From contig CAWABA010000006.1 in assembly GCA_963780185.1 (NCBI GenBank), positions 128,001-192,000 on the forward strand: a stretch of DNA of 64,000 bases. The letters are read 5' to 3'. This document shows, piece after piece, positions 1-9,865 of the stretch. Position 1 is the first letter of the stretch; every line of letters starts with the position of its first letter. This DNA comes from Candidatus Bathyarchaeota archaeon (GTDB lineage: Archaea; Thermoproteota; Bathyarchaeia; Bathyarchaeales; Bathycorpusculaceae). A model generated the notes under the pieces. It did no database searches and was not told where the DNA came from. It worked only from the letters and a program-made list of their open reading frames with translations. A program made the position numbers and the translations under genes.

Positions 1-1
1 T

Positions 2-181
2 TACTATTGGATATCGGATTCTGACCTTGGACCAGCATACAGCGGCGAAACGCTTCTGACAGGGTCATGGGCTCTCGGAGCTGCATCACCGACACCGAAC
101 ACCATGGGACAAATATTCCTAAACCATGCCCCATCAAACTCGCAAAAACTAAGCCAACCGTCTTTCTTGCGCGTTTTTTGA
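2..181 (+). CDS. 3' end of a CDS entering the window (unknown function)
   Basis: Open frame YYWISDSDLGPAYSGE...LRVF* from the window edge. Confidence 0.4.
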   Translation, partial: YYWISDSDLGPAYSGETLLTGSWALGAASPTPNTMGQIFLNHAPSNSQKLSQPSFLRVF

Positions 182-265
182 GCAACATCCAGTTTTAAAT
201 ATGCTTACTTGATTAACTTTCTGTTGAGCAGCTAAAGCCTTTTCACTAAAGAGATTTGGGAAGAT

Positions 266-1543
266 TTGATGGTGAAGCTTCACTTAAGCCATGACGTTCT
301 AACTGTCCTGTTAAGTGTTGCAGTGCAGGTGCCCTTAGCGATTTTTCTTGGGCACGCCTACGACCAAACATCATTCATGGATGCAGGGTACCTTGTCAAT
401 GCAGGGTTAAACCCGTATCAACCCCACTTAATCACTGTTTTTTCTCCACACATGGTTGGAATCAACCCGATCATCGGGGATCCGCCGCTGTGGCCTTTGC
501 TTTTAGGCGCCATCTACAGGTTATCCTACAACATTGTACCGAACATTTTTCTTTACAACTTTGCAACAAAACTCCCAGTAATCGCCGCCAACATCGGCTT
601 AGCCTACCTCACCAGGAACTTGCTGCGGCAGCAGGGTGCATCTGAACGAAAAATCAGGTTCGCATGGCTTTTTCTGCTGTTCAATCCTTTCGTTCTGCTA
701 ACAACCGCTGCATGGGGACAATTCGACACTCTGATAGCTCTGCTATGTGTTGCTTCACTTTACCTCCTGAGCAAAGGCATGATTAAGGGAAGCGCGTTGC
801 TGCTTTCTTTAAGCGTTGTTTTAAAACCCATTGCCCTTCCACTTCTCGGTTTACCCCTACTTTTTACAGCAAAAAAACAGAACTGGTCCAAAACGCTACA
901 GTACCTATTGATTTCAGCCGCAGTGATCGTGACTTTGTGGATTCTGCCTTTCTTCCTTCTCGGATGGAGTATGCCTTCCTCAGGCAGTCAGTTGGCTTCG
1001 TATTTCACAAGAGCCGGCGGCATGACACCCTTCAACATAGTAGAAATCCTAAAGGACACGGTTACGATTCCGACGGGTCTGGAGCTTTTGGGTTACGTTT
1101 GGGTGCCTGCTTTACTGTTGGGCTATTACTTGGTTTACCGTGATCCACCGAAAACCTTCATTGAGCTCACCCAGAAAGCAATCGGTATAATGCTTATTTT
1201 TTTCCTCACTTACTCTTGGCTCTCAGAACCCTACATCAACGTTGTAATCCCGTTAGCCCTTTTAGCTTTGCCATTCACCAAAATCAACTTCCGCAACTTC
1301 CATTTTCTATGGGTCATCGCGCTGGTTTTTATGGTTCTCACCACAAATTTTGTTCAACTTTTCTACCTTGTCTCTCCCCAATCCCTCGTCTCATCCGCAG
1401 TTCAAATTGAACATAACATTAGAAGCTGGCGACTCATAGCGCGGTTTCTGATCGTTGTGGCGTGGCAGGTTTTCGCCTGGATGTTAGCCATCAAAATCCT
1501 TTTGATAAAGAAATTCAAGGCGCAGATTAGCGTTGTGGAATGA
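266..1543 (+). CDS. GT-C fold polytopic membrane glycosyltransferase (PIG-M/GT87-like)
   Basis: GHAYD, PPLWP, FNPF..TAAWGQFD and LKP motifs; about 10 TM segments. Confidence 0.75.
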   Translation: MMVKLHLSHDVLTVLLSVAVQVPLAIFLGHAYDQTSFMDAGYLVNAGLNPYQPHLITVFSPHMVGINPIIGDPPLWPLLLGAIYRLSYNIVPNIFLYNFATKLPVIAANIGLAYLTRNLLRQQGASERKIRFAWLFLLFNPFVLLTTAAWGQFDTLIALLCVASLYLLSKGMIKGSALLLSLSVVLKPIALPLLGLPLLFTAKKQNWSKTLQYLLISAAVIVTLWILPFFLLGWSMPSSGSQLASYFTRAGGMTPFNIVEILKDTVTIPTGLELLGYVWVPALLLGYYLVYRDPPKTFIELTQKAIGIMLIFFLTYSWLSEPYINVVIPLALLALPFTKINFRNFHFLWVIALVFMVLTTNFVQLFYLVSPQSLVSSAVQIEHNIRSWRLIARFLIVVAWQVFAWMLAIKILLIKKFKAQISVVE

Positions 1544-1735
1544 TTATTTTTTGATTGCTTCAAAAGTTTTAGGTTTTCTCAGTATGGACCTGACAGGCTT
1601 GAGGCATTCAAGCATACCTATGGCCGCGGAAGATATGAGGGCTAACAGGTGGAAGGTTACGTAAGCGCCGAGTAGTTCCAAAACAAAATCTTTAACTCCG
1701 CCAGTTACCAATCTGTAAAATGAGTCAGCGACGGT

Positions 1736-2602
1736 TTGATTGACTTGTACAGCAATCAGAAATTGCGTTCGGCTATCGCAGAGGAACCCGTCACCGTTGA
1801 GCTTACCAACCGATTAACAACACGGCTGTACGAAGACACTTTTCCCCGCTGCATGGAAACCGCCTCGCTCCAAAAGGGTCTCGTTCTGACGCTTGACGGT
1901 GAAGAGTTGATAGAGGAGGGGCTTGGCTTTGGAGCTCCAGTCGTGAAGTACCGAGACAAAACCTACTTTTCCAGTTCAGCAGAAATCTCAATTGAAAGAA
2001 CCGCCTCAACCCGCAGGGTCAGCAAAACCTACGTTATGGATGCTGTTTCCAGAAAGAAGTTTTGGCGCGCGACCTACATCGACGACGGCGTCTATTCCTC
2101 GATAAGAAAAACCTTCGCGAAAGCGTATCTCTCCAAAAAGAACCTGTCGCCATACTTCAACGCAGTCATGGAGCTTCGACAGCTAGCGAAGATAAAAACT
2201 GAATTTCTAAAAGTGAAACCCAGAGGCACCGTTACCGTAACGTACGAGGTTAAGCCAACCCAAATTGAAGTCAGCGTTGACTTTTCTGATTTGTCTCTGT
2301 CAAGGTGTGATGAAATCTTGGTTCTAAATGAGCAAGGCTCGTCAGCTTTCCAAAAATACGTTGACGCAAACGGCTTGACACTTTTGGGGCGGGACATCGG
2401 CGCGTGGGATGCGGTGGCGGCGGACTGGGCGTCGTTGGTTAACGTCAAGGGGCAGCTTTCTTTTAGCCTGCGACGGATGCGGGGTGCGAAGCTGTTCAGG
2501 GGTTGGGAACGGACAAAGAACCGTTTTTCATGGGCAGGCTTGAGCTACTCGCTAAAACCCACCTGCGGGACACTGAATTACACGGTAGAACTGGGTTTTT
2601 AG
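1736..2602 (+). CDS. hypothetical protein
   Basis: 288-aa ORF with normal composition. Confidence 0.6.
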   Translation: MIDLYSNQKLRSAIAEEPVTVELTNRLTTRLYEDTFPRCMETASLQKGLVLTLDGEELIEEGLGFGAPVVKYRDKTYFSSSAEISIERTASTRRVSKTYVMDAVSRKKFWRATYIDDGVYSSIRKTFAKAYLSKKNLSPYFNAVMELRQLAKIKTEFLKVKPRGTVTVTYEVKPTQIEVSVDFSDLSLSRCDEILVLNEQGSSAFQKYVDANGLTLLGRDIGAWDAVAADWASLVNVKGQLSFSLRRMRGAKLFRGWERTKNRFSWAGLSYSLKPTCGTLNYTVELGF

Positions 2603-2632
2603 GTGCCCGTTTGGCGATTTGGGTTTGGTGTT

Positions 2633-2953
2633 TTAAGGTTCGATCATTTCTTTTTCGGGTTCGGTGCCTTTTAGGCGTTGCCGCATCGTGTAGATGAAGG
2701 CGATGAACCAGAAGGCGACGCTTACCCAGCCCAGTACGAAGCCGACGATGTTGTTTAGCAGGTAATATGCGATTTGGAAGCCGACCAGCGAGACAAACGT
2801 CAAGAACGAGCCGGTGATGCTGTAGCCGCGCAGTGCGTTTCGGTTTTTGAGGACGGCGCGCAGCATTAGCAGTAGGGCTGTGAAGTTGATGATGCTGGCG
2901 ACGCTTAACGCTAAATCTGCAAGGTTCATCGGCTCAATTTCCCATTGCCACAA
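2633..2953 (-). CDS. small 3-TM membrane protein (PQ-loop/SemiSWEET-like topology)
   Basis: Three hydrophobic helices; GYS motif after helix 1. Confidence 0.55.
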   Translation of the reverse strand: MWQWEIEPMNLADLALSVASIINFTALLLMLRAVLKNRNALRGYSITGSFLTFVSLVGFQIAYYLLNNIVGFVLGWVSVAFWFIAFIYTMRQRLKGTEPEKEMIEP

Positions 2954-3054
2954 CAGCTTTGCCTAACTTAAGACTTACGCCGCCCAGCAAGCCCTGACGT
3001 GCAAAACACCTTAAATCAAGCGGCTCCCAATAGTTATGGCGGAAGAGAGGAAAC

Positions 3055-3198
3055 ATGAAAAAAATTATCTCGCAAGGTTGCGATGGATGTGCTCGAGAAG
3101 AGCCATGCATTAGAACTTATCGACGGGTTTCGTTCGGAGAACAAGTTTACTGCCCAGACGGAACGGTTCATCTCGTAGACGAATCAAGCCTCGCCTAA
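3055..3198 (+). CDS. 47-aa Cys/His small protein, probable zinc binder (not in ORF track)
   Basis: MKKIISQGCDGCAREEPC...YCPDGTVH; GAGAGG RBS and CTTAAAT TATA-like box upstream. Confidence 0.6.
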   Translation: MKKIISQGCDGCAREEPCIRTYRRVSFGEQVYCPDGTVHLVDESSLA

Positions 3199-3342
3199 GG
3201 GCAGGCGACGGGAACCTGCGGGTTTCTTTGTTGGCATTTGCGGTGAATTTTTGTTGTAAATATTAGGGTAGGCTTAGAGAAGATTATTAATTTGAAAACC
3301 CGTTGCCGTCTCGGTCTACCTAACAAGCGTTATTTGGCAATC

Positions 3343-4035
3343 CTAACGAAGAGGCTTCCCGCATCCCTTACAGAATGAAGCCTTTGCCCTGTTCTTTGCG
3401 CCGCAGGACCCGCAAGCCACCTCTGCAGCGGCACCAGCATCGGCGGTTTCATCCCCGAGTTTCTTGCCGCAGCTCTGGCAGTACACCGCGTCCGCGTCGT
3501 TGCAGAAGCCGCAGAAAACGCAGTCAGCCACCGCGGAGCCTTCGCCGTAAAGCGCGGTCCATTTGCCCGTAATCCAAAGCTTGTCCTTCAACGCGTCAAC
3601 CAGCGGAATCAAATCGATCAGCTGGTAAAACTGATCTTCGTCGGGAGCAAATTTCGATTCGCAGTCCCTGCTTAGAATCACGAATTTCGGCGTTTTTCCC
3701 AGAATCAACTTGATTTCTTCGATTTCCTCGTTGGTGTAGACGCAGCTTTTCTTGCTCAGCTTCAAAAGAGCGTCCAGAGACAGATCCTTTGCTTCCTCAT
3801 CAATCGACGGCTTACTTTTCGCCTTCTCCACATACGACCCTATGGGCGCAGGCACCCCGAACGCTGAAGGCATGTAAGAAAGCGTCTCTTCGGTCTCAGA
3901 TTCAAAACGTTCCGCCTTTCCCAAACAAACAATCGCAACACGCCTGTCAGTAAAATAAACATCATACCTAGTGTGAGCATCAACTGGCAAAACAACATCC
4001 TTAACGATTCCCAACAACCTTTCAGAGCTCGACAT
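3343..4035 (-). CDS. PH-like domain protein with C-terminal double zinc ribbon
   Basis: YFTDRRV motif; four CxxC motifs (CVFCG, CQSCG, CGSCG, CKGCG). Confidence 0.7.
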   Translation of the reverse strand: MSSSERLLGIVKDVVLPVDAHTRYDVYFTDRRVAIVCLGKAERFESETEETLSYMPSAFGVPAPIGSYVEKAKSKPSIDEEAKDLSLDALLKLSKKSCVYTNEEIEEIKLILGKTPKFVILSRDCESKFAPDEDQFYQLIDLIPLVDALKDKLWITGKWTALYGEGSAVADCVFCGFCNDADAVYCQSCGKKLGDETADAGAAAEVACGSCGAKNRAKASFCKGCGKPLR

Positions 4036-4124
4036 GCATTGAGTCCCTCATCAAAAGGTTCTTGCTTTCGCTAATTCATAAGGTTTTTTATGGCTTTAGA
4101 CTCGCGGTTCTAATGGGGATAAAC

Positions 4125-4147
4125 TGGTGGATGGGTGGCTTTAAACC
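4125..4147 (-). repeat. degenerate tRNA 3'-end copy (att-like)
   Basis: TGGTGGAtgggtggcTTTAAACC resembles TGGTGGAcaaggggggATTTGAACC of tRNA-Ala. Confidence 0.35.
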
Positions 4148-4220
4148 TCTTTTACTTTTATCCTATTTTTGTTTTTGGCAGGAAAATTTTTTAGGGTAGG
4201 ATTACTCTTTTGTATCTGCA

Positions 4221-4469
4221 GTGAAAATCATGCAAACGTTAGATGTCAGCATAGTTAAAGTTACGCGAAGAGGACAGACGACGATTCCTTTAGAAATCAG
4301 GCAAAAGTGCGGAATCAAAGAAGGCGACAAACTCATAGTCGAACTCACAGAAAAAGGGGTACTGTTCAAGCCAATACGAAAATTGTCTGATATGGCAGGG
4401 ATCGATGCTGGGTACGCGACGGTTGAGGAAGTAAATAAGATGATTGATAAGCTCAGAGAAGAGTACTGA
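4221..4469 (+). CDS. AbrB/MazE/SpoVT-family antitoxin
   Basis: VKVTRRGQTTIPLEIRQKCGIKEGD. Confidence 0.9.
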   Translation: MKIMQTLDVSIVKVTRRGQTTIPLEIRQKCGIKEGDKLIVELTEKGVLFKPIRKLSDMAGIDAGYATVEEVNKMIDKLREEY

Positions 4470-4869
4470 TTTGAAAGAAGTCTTAGACACCCGGGTTTTG
4501 AGAGAGCTCTTCTATTCCGATAAAGCTGAGACAAAAGAGAAAATAAGAAGAAAAATGCAAGCACTTGAAGCTAAATGCGAAGGAATACTGCCAACAATGG
4601 TGATAGCGGAAATCACCCAAATCACTTACACCACGCGCGGAAAAGACATGGCTGAAAGCCGTTATCAAGATTTGGTTCAAAGTGGTTTAGAAATACAAAA
4701 TCTTACTTCGATCATTGCGAAACAAGCAGGTTTTTTCAAGGGCAAATACAGAAATTTGCCCATGGCAGATTGCATAATCGCAGCCACAGCGCTGATGAAC
4801 CATGCAAAAATACTCTCCGACGACCCGCACTTCGACGCCATAGAGGAAATCAAACGTGTCTGGATCTAA
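4444..4869 (+). CDS. vapC: PIN-domain VapC toxin
   Basis: VLDT, IAE, ADCIIAATA and SDDPHF motifs; true start probably TTG near 4471. Confidence 0.9.
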   Translation: MISSEKSTDLKEVLDTRVLRELFYSDKAETKEKIRRKMQALEAKCEGILPTMVIAEITQITYTTRGKDMAESRYQDLVQSGLEIQNLTSIIAKQAGFFKGKYRNLPMADCIIAATALMNHAKILSDDPHFDAIEEIKRVWI

Positions 4870-4883
4870 CAATTAACAAAAAC

Positions 4884-4908
4884 TGGTGGACGAGCCGGGG
4901 TTCGAACC
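4884..4908 (-). repeat. tRNA-Ala-type 3'-end fragment (T-loop to CCA), att-like
   Basis: Reverse complement reads GGTTCGAACCCCGGCTCGTCCACCA. Confidence 0.7.
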
Positions 4909-4935
4909 TGCTGGGTCCTGCGCACTTTAGGTGTT

Positions 4936-5367
4936 TTACCAAGGTTCTATTTGTAAGTCTTTGATTCTCTTAAAGTGCGCTTGGTTTCGAGTCACAAGGG
5001 TCAAGCCGTTCTCAACAGATATTGCTGCTATCATAGCGTCCCTGAAATCTATTGTTTCCCCTTTGGCAGCCAGTTTCGCGGATATTTCAACTGCTTTCTT
5101 TGAGGATGCAAAGTCCAATGGAAAAACAGTTAGCCGCTCAATAAGTTTTGTGGCTTCTTTTAGGTTTTCTTGTTTTCTTTCTGACTTGTTTGCGCCGAAG
5201 AAGAGTTCAAAGGCATTCACCGCGGTGGTTGCGCCTCTGTCTTCTTCATCTAACTCGGCAATTTTTTTCTTAGCCTCTTCCTTGCCCCGCAGGATAGCGA
5301 CTAACAGGTCAGTGTCCAGACACTTCAATGGAGATTCTCTCTTGAACTGTGCGCCATCCTTTAGCAA
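4936..5367 (-). CDS. vapC: PIN-domain VapC toxin
   Basis: CLDTD, FEL, DAMIAA and VTRNQAHF motifs. Confidence 0.92.
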   Translation of the reverse strand: MLKDGAQFKRESPLKCLDTDLLVAILRGKEEAKKKIAELDEEDRGATTAVNAFELFFGANKSERKQENLKEATKLIERLTVFPLDFASSKKAVEISAKLAAKGETIDFRDAMIAAISVENGLTLVTRNQAHFKRIKDLQIEPW

Positions 5368-5548
5368 GCTCGGCGTTGATGGCTTTTTCTTCTTCGTCAG
5401 TCATTTTCCAAGTTCCGAAGCAATCCGCAATTTTGCCTGACTTTTTAGTTATGCGCAGAATAGTATCGGTGAAGCTCTCTTTGTCCATTTTTTCGCGGAG
5501 CAAAGCTTCGTACGCTTCGTCTTTTATCGAAATGGTCTTCGTTCCCAT
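5309..5548 (-). CDS. vapB: VapB antitoxin (DUF217-type RHH)
   Basis: MGTKTISIKDEAYEAL...ESFTDTILR; overlaps vapC. Confidence 0.88.
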   Translation of the reverse strand: MGTKTISIKDEAYEALLREKMDKESFTDTILRITKKSGKIADCFGTWKMTDEEEKAINAELAKGWRTVQERISIEVSGH

Positions 5549-5557
5549 GGATATGTA

Positions 5558-5573
5558 TGTGTACACGTACACA
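5558..5573. promoter_or_regulatory. palindromic operator candidate for vapBC
   Basis: TGTGTAC-AC-GTACACA between the TATA-like box and the vapB ATG. Confidence 0.55.
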
Positions 5574-5629
5574 GATAAATTTTACTGCATAGAATAATAT
5601 CGAGCAAGAACAAAGCATCTGAATGTTGT

Positions 5630-5707
5630 TGGTGGACAAGGGGGGATTTGAACCCCCAACCTCTACAATGCCAATGTAGCGTTCATACCAAGCTGAACTA
5701 CTTGCCC
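5630..5707 (-). tRNA. tRNA-Ala(GGC), CCA encoded
   Basis: GGGCAAG...CTACA-TTGGCAT-TGTAG...GGTTCAAATCC...CTTGTCC-ACCA cloverleaf. Confidence 0.95.
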
Positions 5708-5875
5708 ACTTTGCCTTGGCTTCTGAAATCTACCTCGCATCATTTAATAAGCGTTTCTTATGGACTTGCCTAAAAGAAGCAAAAACTTTCAGTAGGCATT
5801 TTGTTCAGGCGCAAATGTCGGCGTAGCTTTTTATAATCCATTCGCAAATAGAGAAGCCAAGCAAGGTGCCAAATT

Positions 5876-6928
5876 ATGCCCAAGGTTAAAGTTGCATTGA
5901 TCGGCGTTGGAAACTGCGCCTCAGCGTTCATCCAAGGAATTAATTATTACAAGAAATTCAGCAAGCCCGAAGACTTCGTTGGGTTACGCAACCCCACACT
6001 GGCGGGTTTAAGCACAAAAGACATCGAGGTTGTTGCGGCTTTTGATGTTGACGACCGTAAGGTTGGCAAAGACCTCTCAGAAGCCATTTTCGCCGCGCCC
6101 AATAACGCGCCAAAAGTTGCCGACGTGCCCTCTGCAGGTGTTAAGGTTAGCAGGGGTCCGTTGCTTGACGGTTTAGGGAAATTAAGTGAAGCCATCGTGC
6201 AAGTCAGCAAAGCACCTGATGCGGATGTTGTTAAGGTTCTCAAGGCGGCAGGCGCCGAAGTCATGGTTAATTTGCTTCCAAGCGGAGCCACAAAAGCCAC
6301 ACAGTGGTACGCTGAGCAAGCTTTGGCAGCAGGATGCGCTTTTGTGAATGCTACGCCAAACTTCATAGCCAGCGACCCAGCATGGGCGAAAAAGTTCAGC
6401 GACGCAAAAGTTCCGCTTGTCGGCGACGACTTGGTCGATCAGGTTGGCTCAACCGCGTTGCATAAGACGCTGCTTAAGCTGCTAAGCGACAGCGGCGTGA
6501 AAATCGCTGAGACTTATCAGCTTGACGTGGGCGGGGGAACCGAATCCGTGGATACCATGGATCGAAGCCGCGATGCAAAACGCAGCATAAAAACTGAATC
6601 CGTAGCAGCATCACTGCCGTACAAAGCTGAAGTCGTAGCTGGCTCAACTGACTACGTTGATTTTCTGCAAAACAAACGCGACAGCTACTTCTGGATAAGC
6701 GGCGTCTACTTCTGCAATGCCCCGATGAAAATCGACCTCAAATTCCAAACCGTTGACGCGCCAAACGCAGGCAGCGTGCTCTTCGACGTGGTGCGCGCGA
6801 TGAAGTTGGCGCTGAACAAGAAGCTTAAGGGTGCGGTTGAACCTGTTTGCGCTTACGCGTTTAAGCGTCCGCCGCAAGTTGTTTCTATGGAAGTTGCGGA
6901 AAAGGAATTTGCGAAATTCATCGCTTAA
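5876..6928 (+). CDS. ino1: myo-inositol-1-phosphate synthase
   Basis: IGVGNCASA, AFVNATP, GDD and YQLDVGG motifs. Confidence 0.9.
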   Translation: MPKVKVALIGVGNCASAFIQGINYYKKFSKPEDFVGLRNPTLAGLSTKDIEVVAAFDVDDRKVGKDLSEAIFAAPNNAPKVADVPSAGVKVSRGPLLDGLGKLSEAIVQVSKAPDADVVKVLKAAGAEVMVNLLPSGATKATQWYAEQALAAGCAFVNATPNFIASDPAWAKKFSDAKVPLVGDDLVDQVGSTALHKTLLKLLSDSGVKIAETYQLDVGGGTESVDTMDRSRDAKRSIKTESVAASLPYKAEVVAGSTDYVDFLQNKRDSYFWISGVYFCNAPMKIDLKFQTVDAPNAGSVLFDVVRAMKLALNKKLKGAVEPVCAYAFKRPPQVVSMEVAEKEFAKFIA

Positions 6929-7029
6929 CCTCCTTTTTGGGCGTCTATTTTTTCTTAACGTCTCTCCAATTTTCGTTTCACAAAAAGCGTTATAAGTGGA
7001 AAAAACCTTACACATTTTGAGTCTATTTC

Positions 7030-7719
7030 ATGCAAAAAACAGTCGTCGCAGTAGTCTTCATTATTGCTCTTATGTTTATTTCGATAAATGCAGCGGAGGC
7101 TCAGCCTTCGGTAGGCGTTAAGACGGGCAACTGGGTTGAATACTCCGTTAAAACTGCTGGTGCTGTTCCTGCCGCGCAAGATTTGACGTGGGCTAAAATC
7201 GAGATTGTGGATGTAGAAGGAGAGGCGTTTCATGCCAATTTCACCGTCAGATACGTTAATGGAACTGAGTCGAGTGCCCTTCGGTTCTTCAATTTCTCTG
7301 CAGGGAACGTTCAAGCTTGGATAATGATACCTGCAAATCTTGGACCGAGCCAAACCTTCTATGATTCATCCATCAACAACAACGTAACCATTCAAGGACA
7401 AATGCAGAAAACCGTTGCGGGAGCAACCAGAACAGTCACATGCACAAACAGCACTTTGGGCGGTGTTCAAAGAAACAAGGAATGGGACAAAGCCACGGGT
7501 TTCTATATTCAAAGCGCCGATAACTTGGGAACTTACACCGTTAATGCGCAGGCATATGCGACAAACATTTGGAGCCCACAAATTCTGGGTTTGAATCAGA
7601 CCGTGTTTTATTTGCTTGTTGCCGCCATTATCGTTGTTGTTGCGTTGTTAGCGTTGGTGCTGTTATTGATGCAAAAAAGAAAAAGAATAGTTGCAGAAGA
7701 AAAGCCGTTTAGGACTTAG
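7030..7719 (+). CDS. exported, C-terminally anchored hypothetical protein
   Basis: Signal peptide, VGVKTGNWVEY, WDKATG, C-terminal TM followed by basic tail. Confidence 0.75.
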   Translation: MQKTVVAVVFIIALMFISINAAEAQPSVGVKTGNWVEYSVKTAGAVPAAQDLTWAKIEIVDVEGEAFHANFTVRYVNGTESSALRFFNFSAGNVQAWIMIPANLGPSQTFYDSSINNNVTIQGQMQKTVAGATRTVTCTNSTLGGVQRNKEWDKATGFYIQSADNLGTYTVNAQAYATNIWSPQILGLNQTVFYLLVAAIIVVVALLALVLLLMQKRKRIVAEEKPFRT

Positions 7720-7721
7720 CG

Positions 7722-8828
7722 TTAAAGTTTTGCAAGTTCGGCTACTACTTTTTCTCTGAACCCGTTTTGTTTGAGCGTGTCTTTTAGGTAGTTTATGGTT
7801 TTGACAGGCGTCGGGTCTGCCCCACGTAGGACCGCGAGGTAAACGCTTGTGAGGTCGCCGACCAGAACCGTTGACAGCATCCGTGCCAAGCTGCTTTTGC
7901 CTTGCGCCTGAACCTCAAGGATTTCCACCTCCGCATGCTCCACAAGCTCCTTTGTAATTTCGATTCGGCTTTGAATCGGGGTCGGCTCGTCGGAGTCTCT
8001 TAGGAAGATGGCTGAGTAGCATTTGCCGAGGTCGCCTGCACGTTCCCAACCTACGATTTCGTTGTGGTTGAGTTCGCTGAAGACATCCGATTTTGCGGGA
8101 ACCTTGCTGTTCTCGTTGAACTGCTGCTTAAAACGCAGGGCAACACCGCGGTACATGCCAAAACCATACGTGACAGGGGAAGTTTTCCCGATGTTTAACG
8201 CTAAGGCTTTGCAGTAGTTTTCCACTGTGGGCTTTTGGGGCGCGTTTTCCTTGCTTATTTTTTCAATAAGCTGGATCGCTTCGGAGAGTTCTTTTGAGGC
8301 GCCTTCAACTAAGCCTGCCTTCTCCATGTAAATCAGAGGGGGAACGAACATGTAAGGAAGCGCGGCTCGGGGAGGCATACCGCCTGGAACCCGCAGGTAA
8401 GGCACGCCGAGTCTTTCCGCGTTTTCAAGCAGGGCGCCGCCGCTGCTGACGCAGAAAACCATGCATTTCCGCTTCATTGCGTCAAGAAACGCGCTGAGGG
8501 TTTCCTCGGTGTCGCCTGAGTAGCTTGATATGAAAACAAGGGTTTTTTTGCCCGCGTACTCTGGCAAGTCGTATTCTTTGTTGACTTCGATTGGTACGGC
8601 TGCTTGTTTTTTTGCCCAATCTTTAAGAAGCTCTCCTCCGATTCCTGAGCCGCCCATGCCTGCAACGATTACGTTTGCTGGTTTAGGATAGTTTACTTTG
8701 ATTTTGTCGGCTAAACCCGCGGTTTCTCGGTAAAGCTTCGCGGAGTTAAGGCAGAAGTTAATCATGTCGCTTCTATCAACCGATTTAATGCCTTCGGCAT
8801 TGTCTAAAACGGAACTTGCCATTTTCAT
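7722..8828 (-). CDS. bifunctional phosphoglucose/phosphomannose isomerase
   Basis: GMGGSGIGG, SYSGDTEET, QFNENSK and ELNHNE motifs. Confidence 0.93.
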   Translation of the reverse strand: MKMASSVLDNAEGIKSVDRSDMINFCLNSAKLYRETAGLADKIKVNYPKPANVIVAGMGGSGIGGELLKDWAKKQAAVPIEVNKEYDLPEYAGKKTLVFISSYSGDTEETLSAFLDAMKRKCMVFCVSSGGALLENAERLGVPYLRVPGGMPPRAALPYMFVPPLIYMEKAGLVEGASKELSEAIQLIEKISKENAPQKPTVENYCKALALNIGKTSPVTYGFGMYRGVALRFKQQFNENSKVPAKSDVFSELNHNEIVGWERAGDLGKCYSAIFLRDSDEPTPIQSRIEITKELVEHAEVEILEVQAQGKSSLARMLSTVLVGDLTSVYLAVLRGADPTPVKTINYLKDTLKQNGFREKVVAELAKL

Positions 8829-8922
8829 TGTCCTCCAGTAACCCGCAATTTTATATCTAAACCCCGCCTTTTAAGCTCAACGCAGACGCATATCGGTCAA
8901 GCGGACAGGAGATAAGAAAACC

Positions 8923-9777
8923 ATGGATAAAAAGAAACTTGCAATCGCCATCCCTGCATCAACGATTTCAGACACGCCTCACATTCGGGAAAAAACCGCG
9001 AAGGTCGGGTTGATTGGGCGGGCAGCGGCGATTTTCAGGGTGAACGAAATCATTGTTTACCCAGACAGCCCTAAAACTAACCAGGCGCGAGACCTCGATT
9101 TCATGGTGCTTCTGCTTAACTATTTGGAGACACCTCAGTATCTACGCAAGAGCCTTTTCAAACTTGAGCCGAATCTGCAGTTTGCGGGGATTCTGCCGCC
9201 GCTCCGAACGCCTCATCATCCGGTGAGCGGTAAAACCCGTGATTTGAAAGTCGGCATGTACCGCGAAGGATTAGTGCTCTCCGAGGTAAAGGATGGCTTG
9301 CTTGTCGACATCGGGGTGGAGCAGCCTGCGATTTTGAGGGACAGGCAGTATGCTGTGGGTGACCGTTTAACGCTTCAGGTTGTTAATGTTGGCGAGCGCG
9401 TGCAGGTTCAGGCGGCAAACCGCGATGACATCGAGGCGTACTGGGGCTTTCAGGTACGCGCAGAAACCAAGCCGTTTCCTCAGTTTGTGGCTGATGGCGG
9501 TTTCGACTTGACGATTGCAACGGCTAGGATAGGCGTAGACATCGAAGAAGCCTCAGACAGGATAGATGCGAAATGGAGCCGCGCCCGAAGTGTTTTGGTG
9601 GCGTTTGGGGCGCCGTCGCGTGGGTTGCATGAGATTGCCAAAGACCAAGGCTCAAGGCTCGATGGGGTTGTTGACTTTGTGGTTAACACGATTCCTGGGC
9701 AGGGAACGGCGACGGTTAGGACGGAAGAGGCGATTTTTGCGTCTTTAGCCATCTTCAACGTCAAGTTTAACCGTTAG
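8923..9777 (+). CDS. SPOUT-class RNA methyltransferase (COG2106/DUF171)
   Basis: ETPQYLRK, GILPPLRTPHH and QGTATVRTEEA motifs. Confidence 0.92.
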   Translation: MDKKKLAIAIPASTISDTPHIREKTAKVGLIGRAAAIFRVNEIIVYPDSPKTNQARDLDFMVLLLNYLETPQYLRKSLFKLEPNLQFAGILPPLRTPHHPVSGKTRDLKVGMYREGLVLSEVKDGLLVDIGVEQPAILRDRQYAVGDRLTLQVVNVGERVQVQAANRDDIEAYWGFQVRAETKPFPQFVADGGFDLTIATARIGVDIEEASDRIDAKWSRARSVLVAFGAPSRGLHEIAKDQGSRLDGVVDFVVNTIPGQGTATVRTEEAIFASLAIFNVKFNR

Positions 9778-9865
9778 TTTCTCCGTTTTCTAATTGCTGG
9801 GTGCTTCGGAGCTTTTTTGGCTTTTGGCTAAAGAAATAAATGCGTCGCCGATAATTGCTCTCTCT

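Noticed and set aside
1580-1680. Possible small structured RNA (GCTTGA/TCAAGC hairpin, ACCTG/CAGGT)
   Set aside because: The stems are too short to distinguish from chance without homologues
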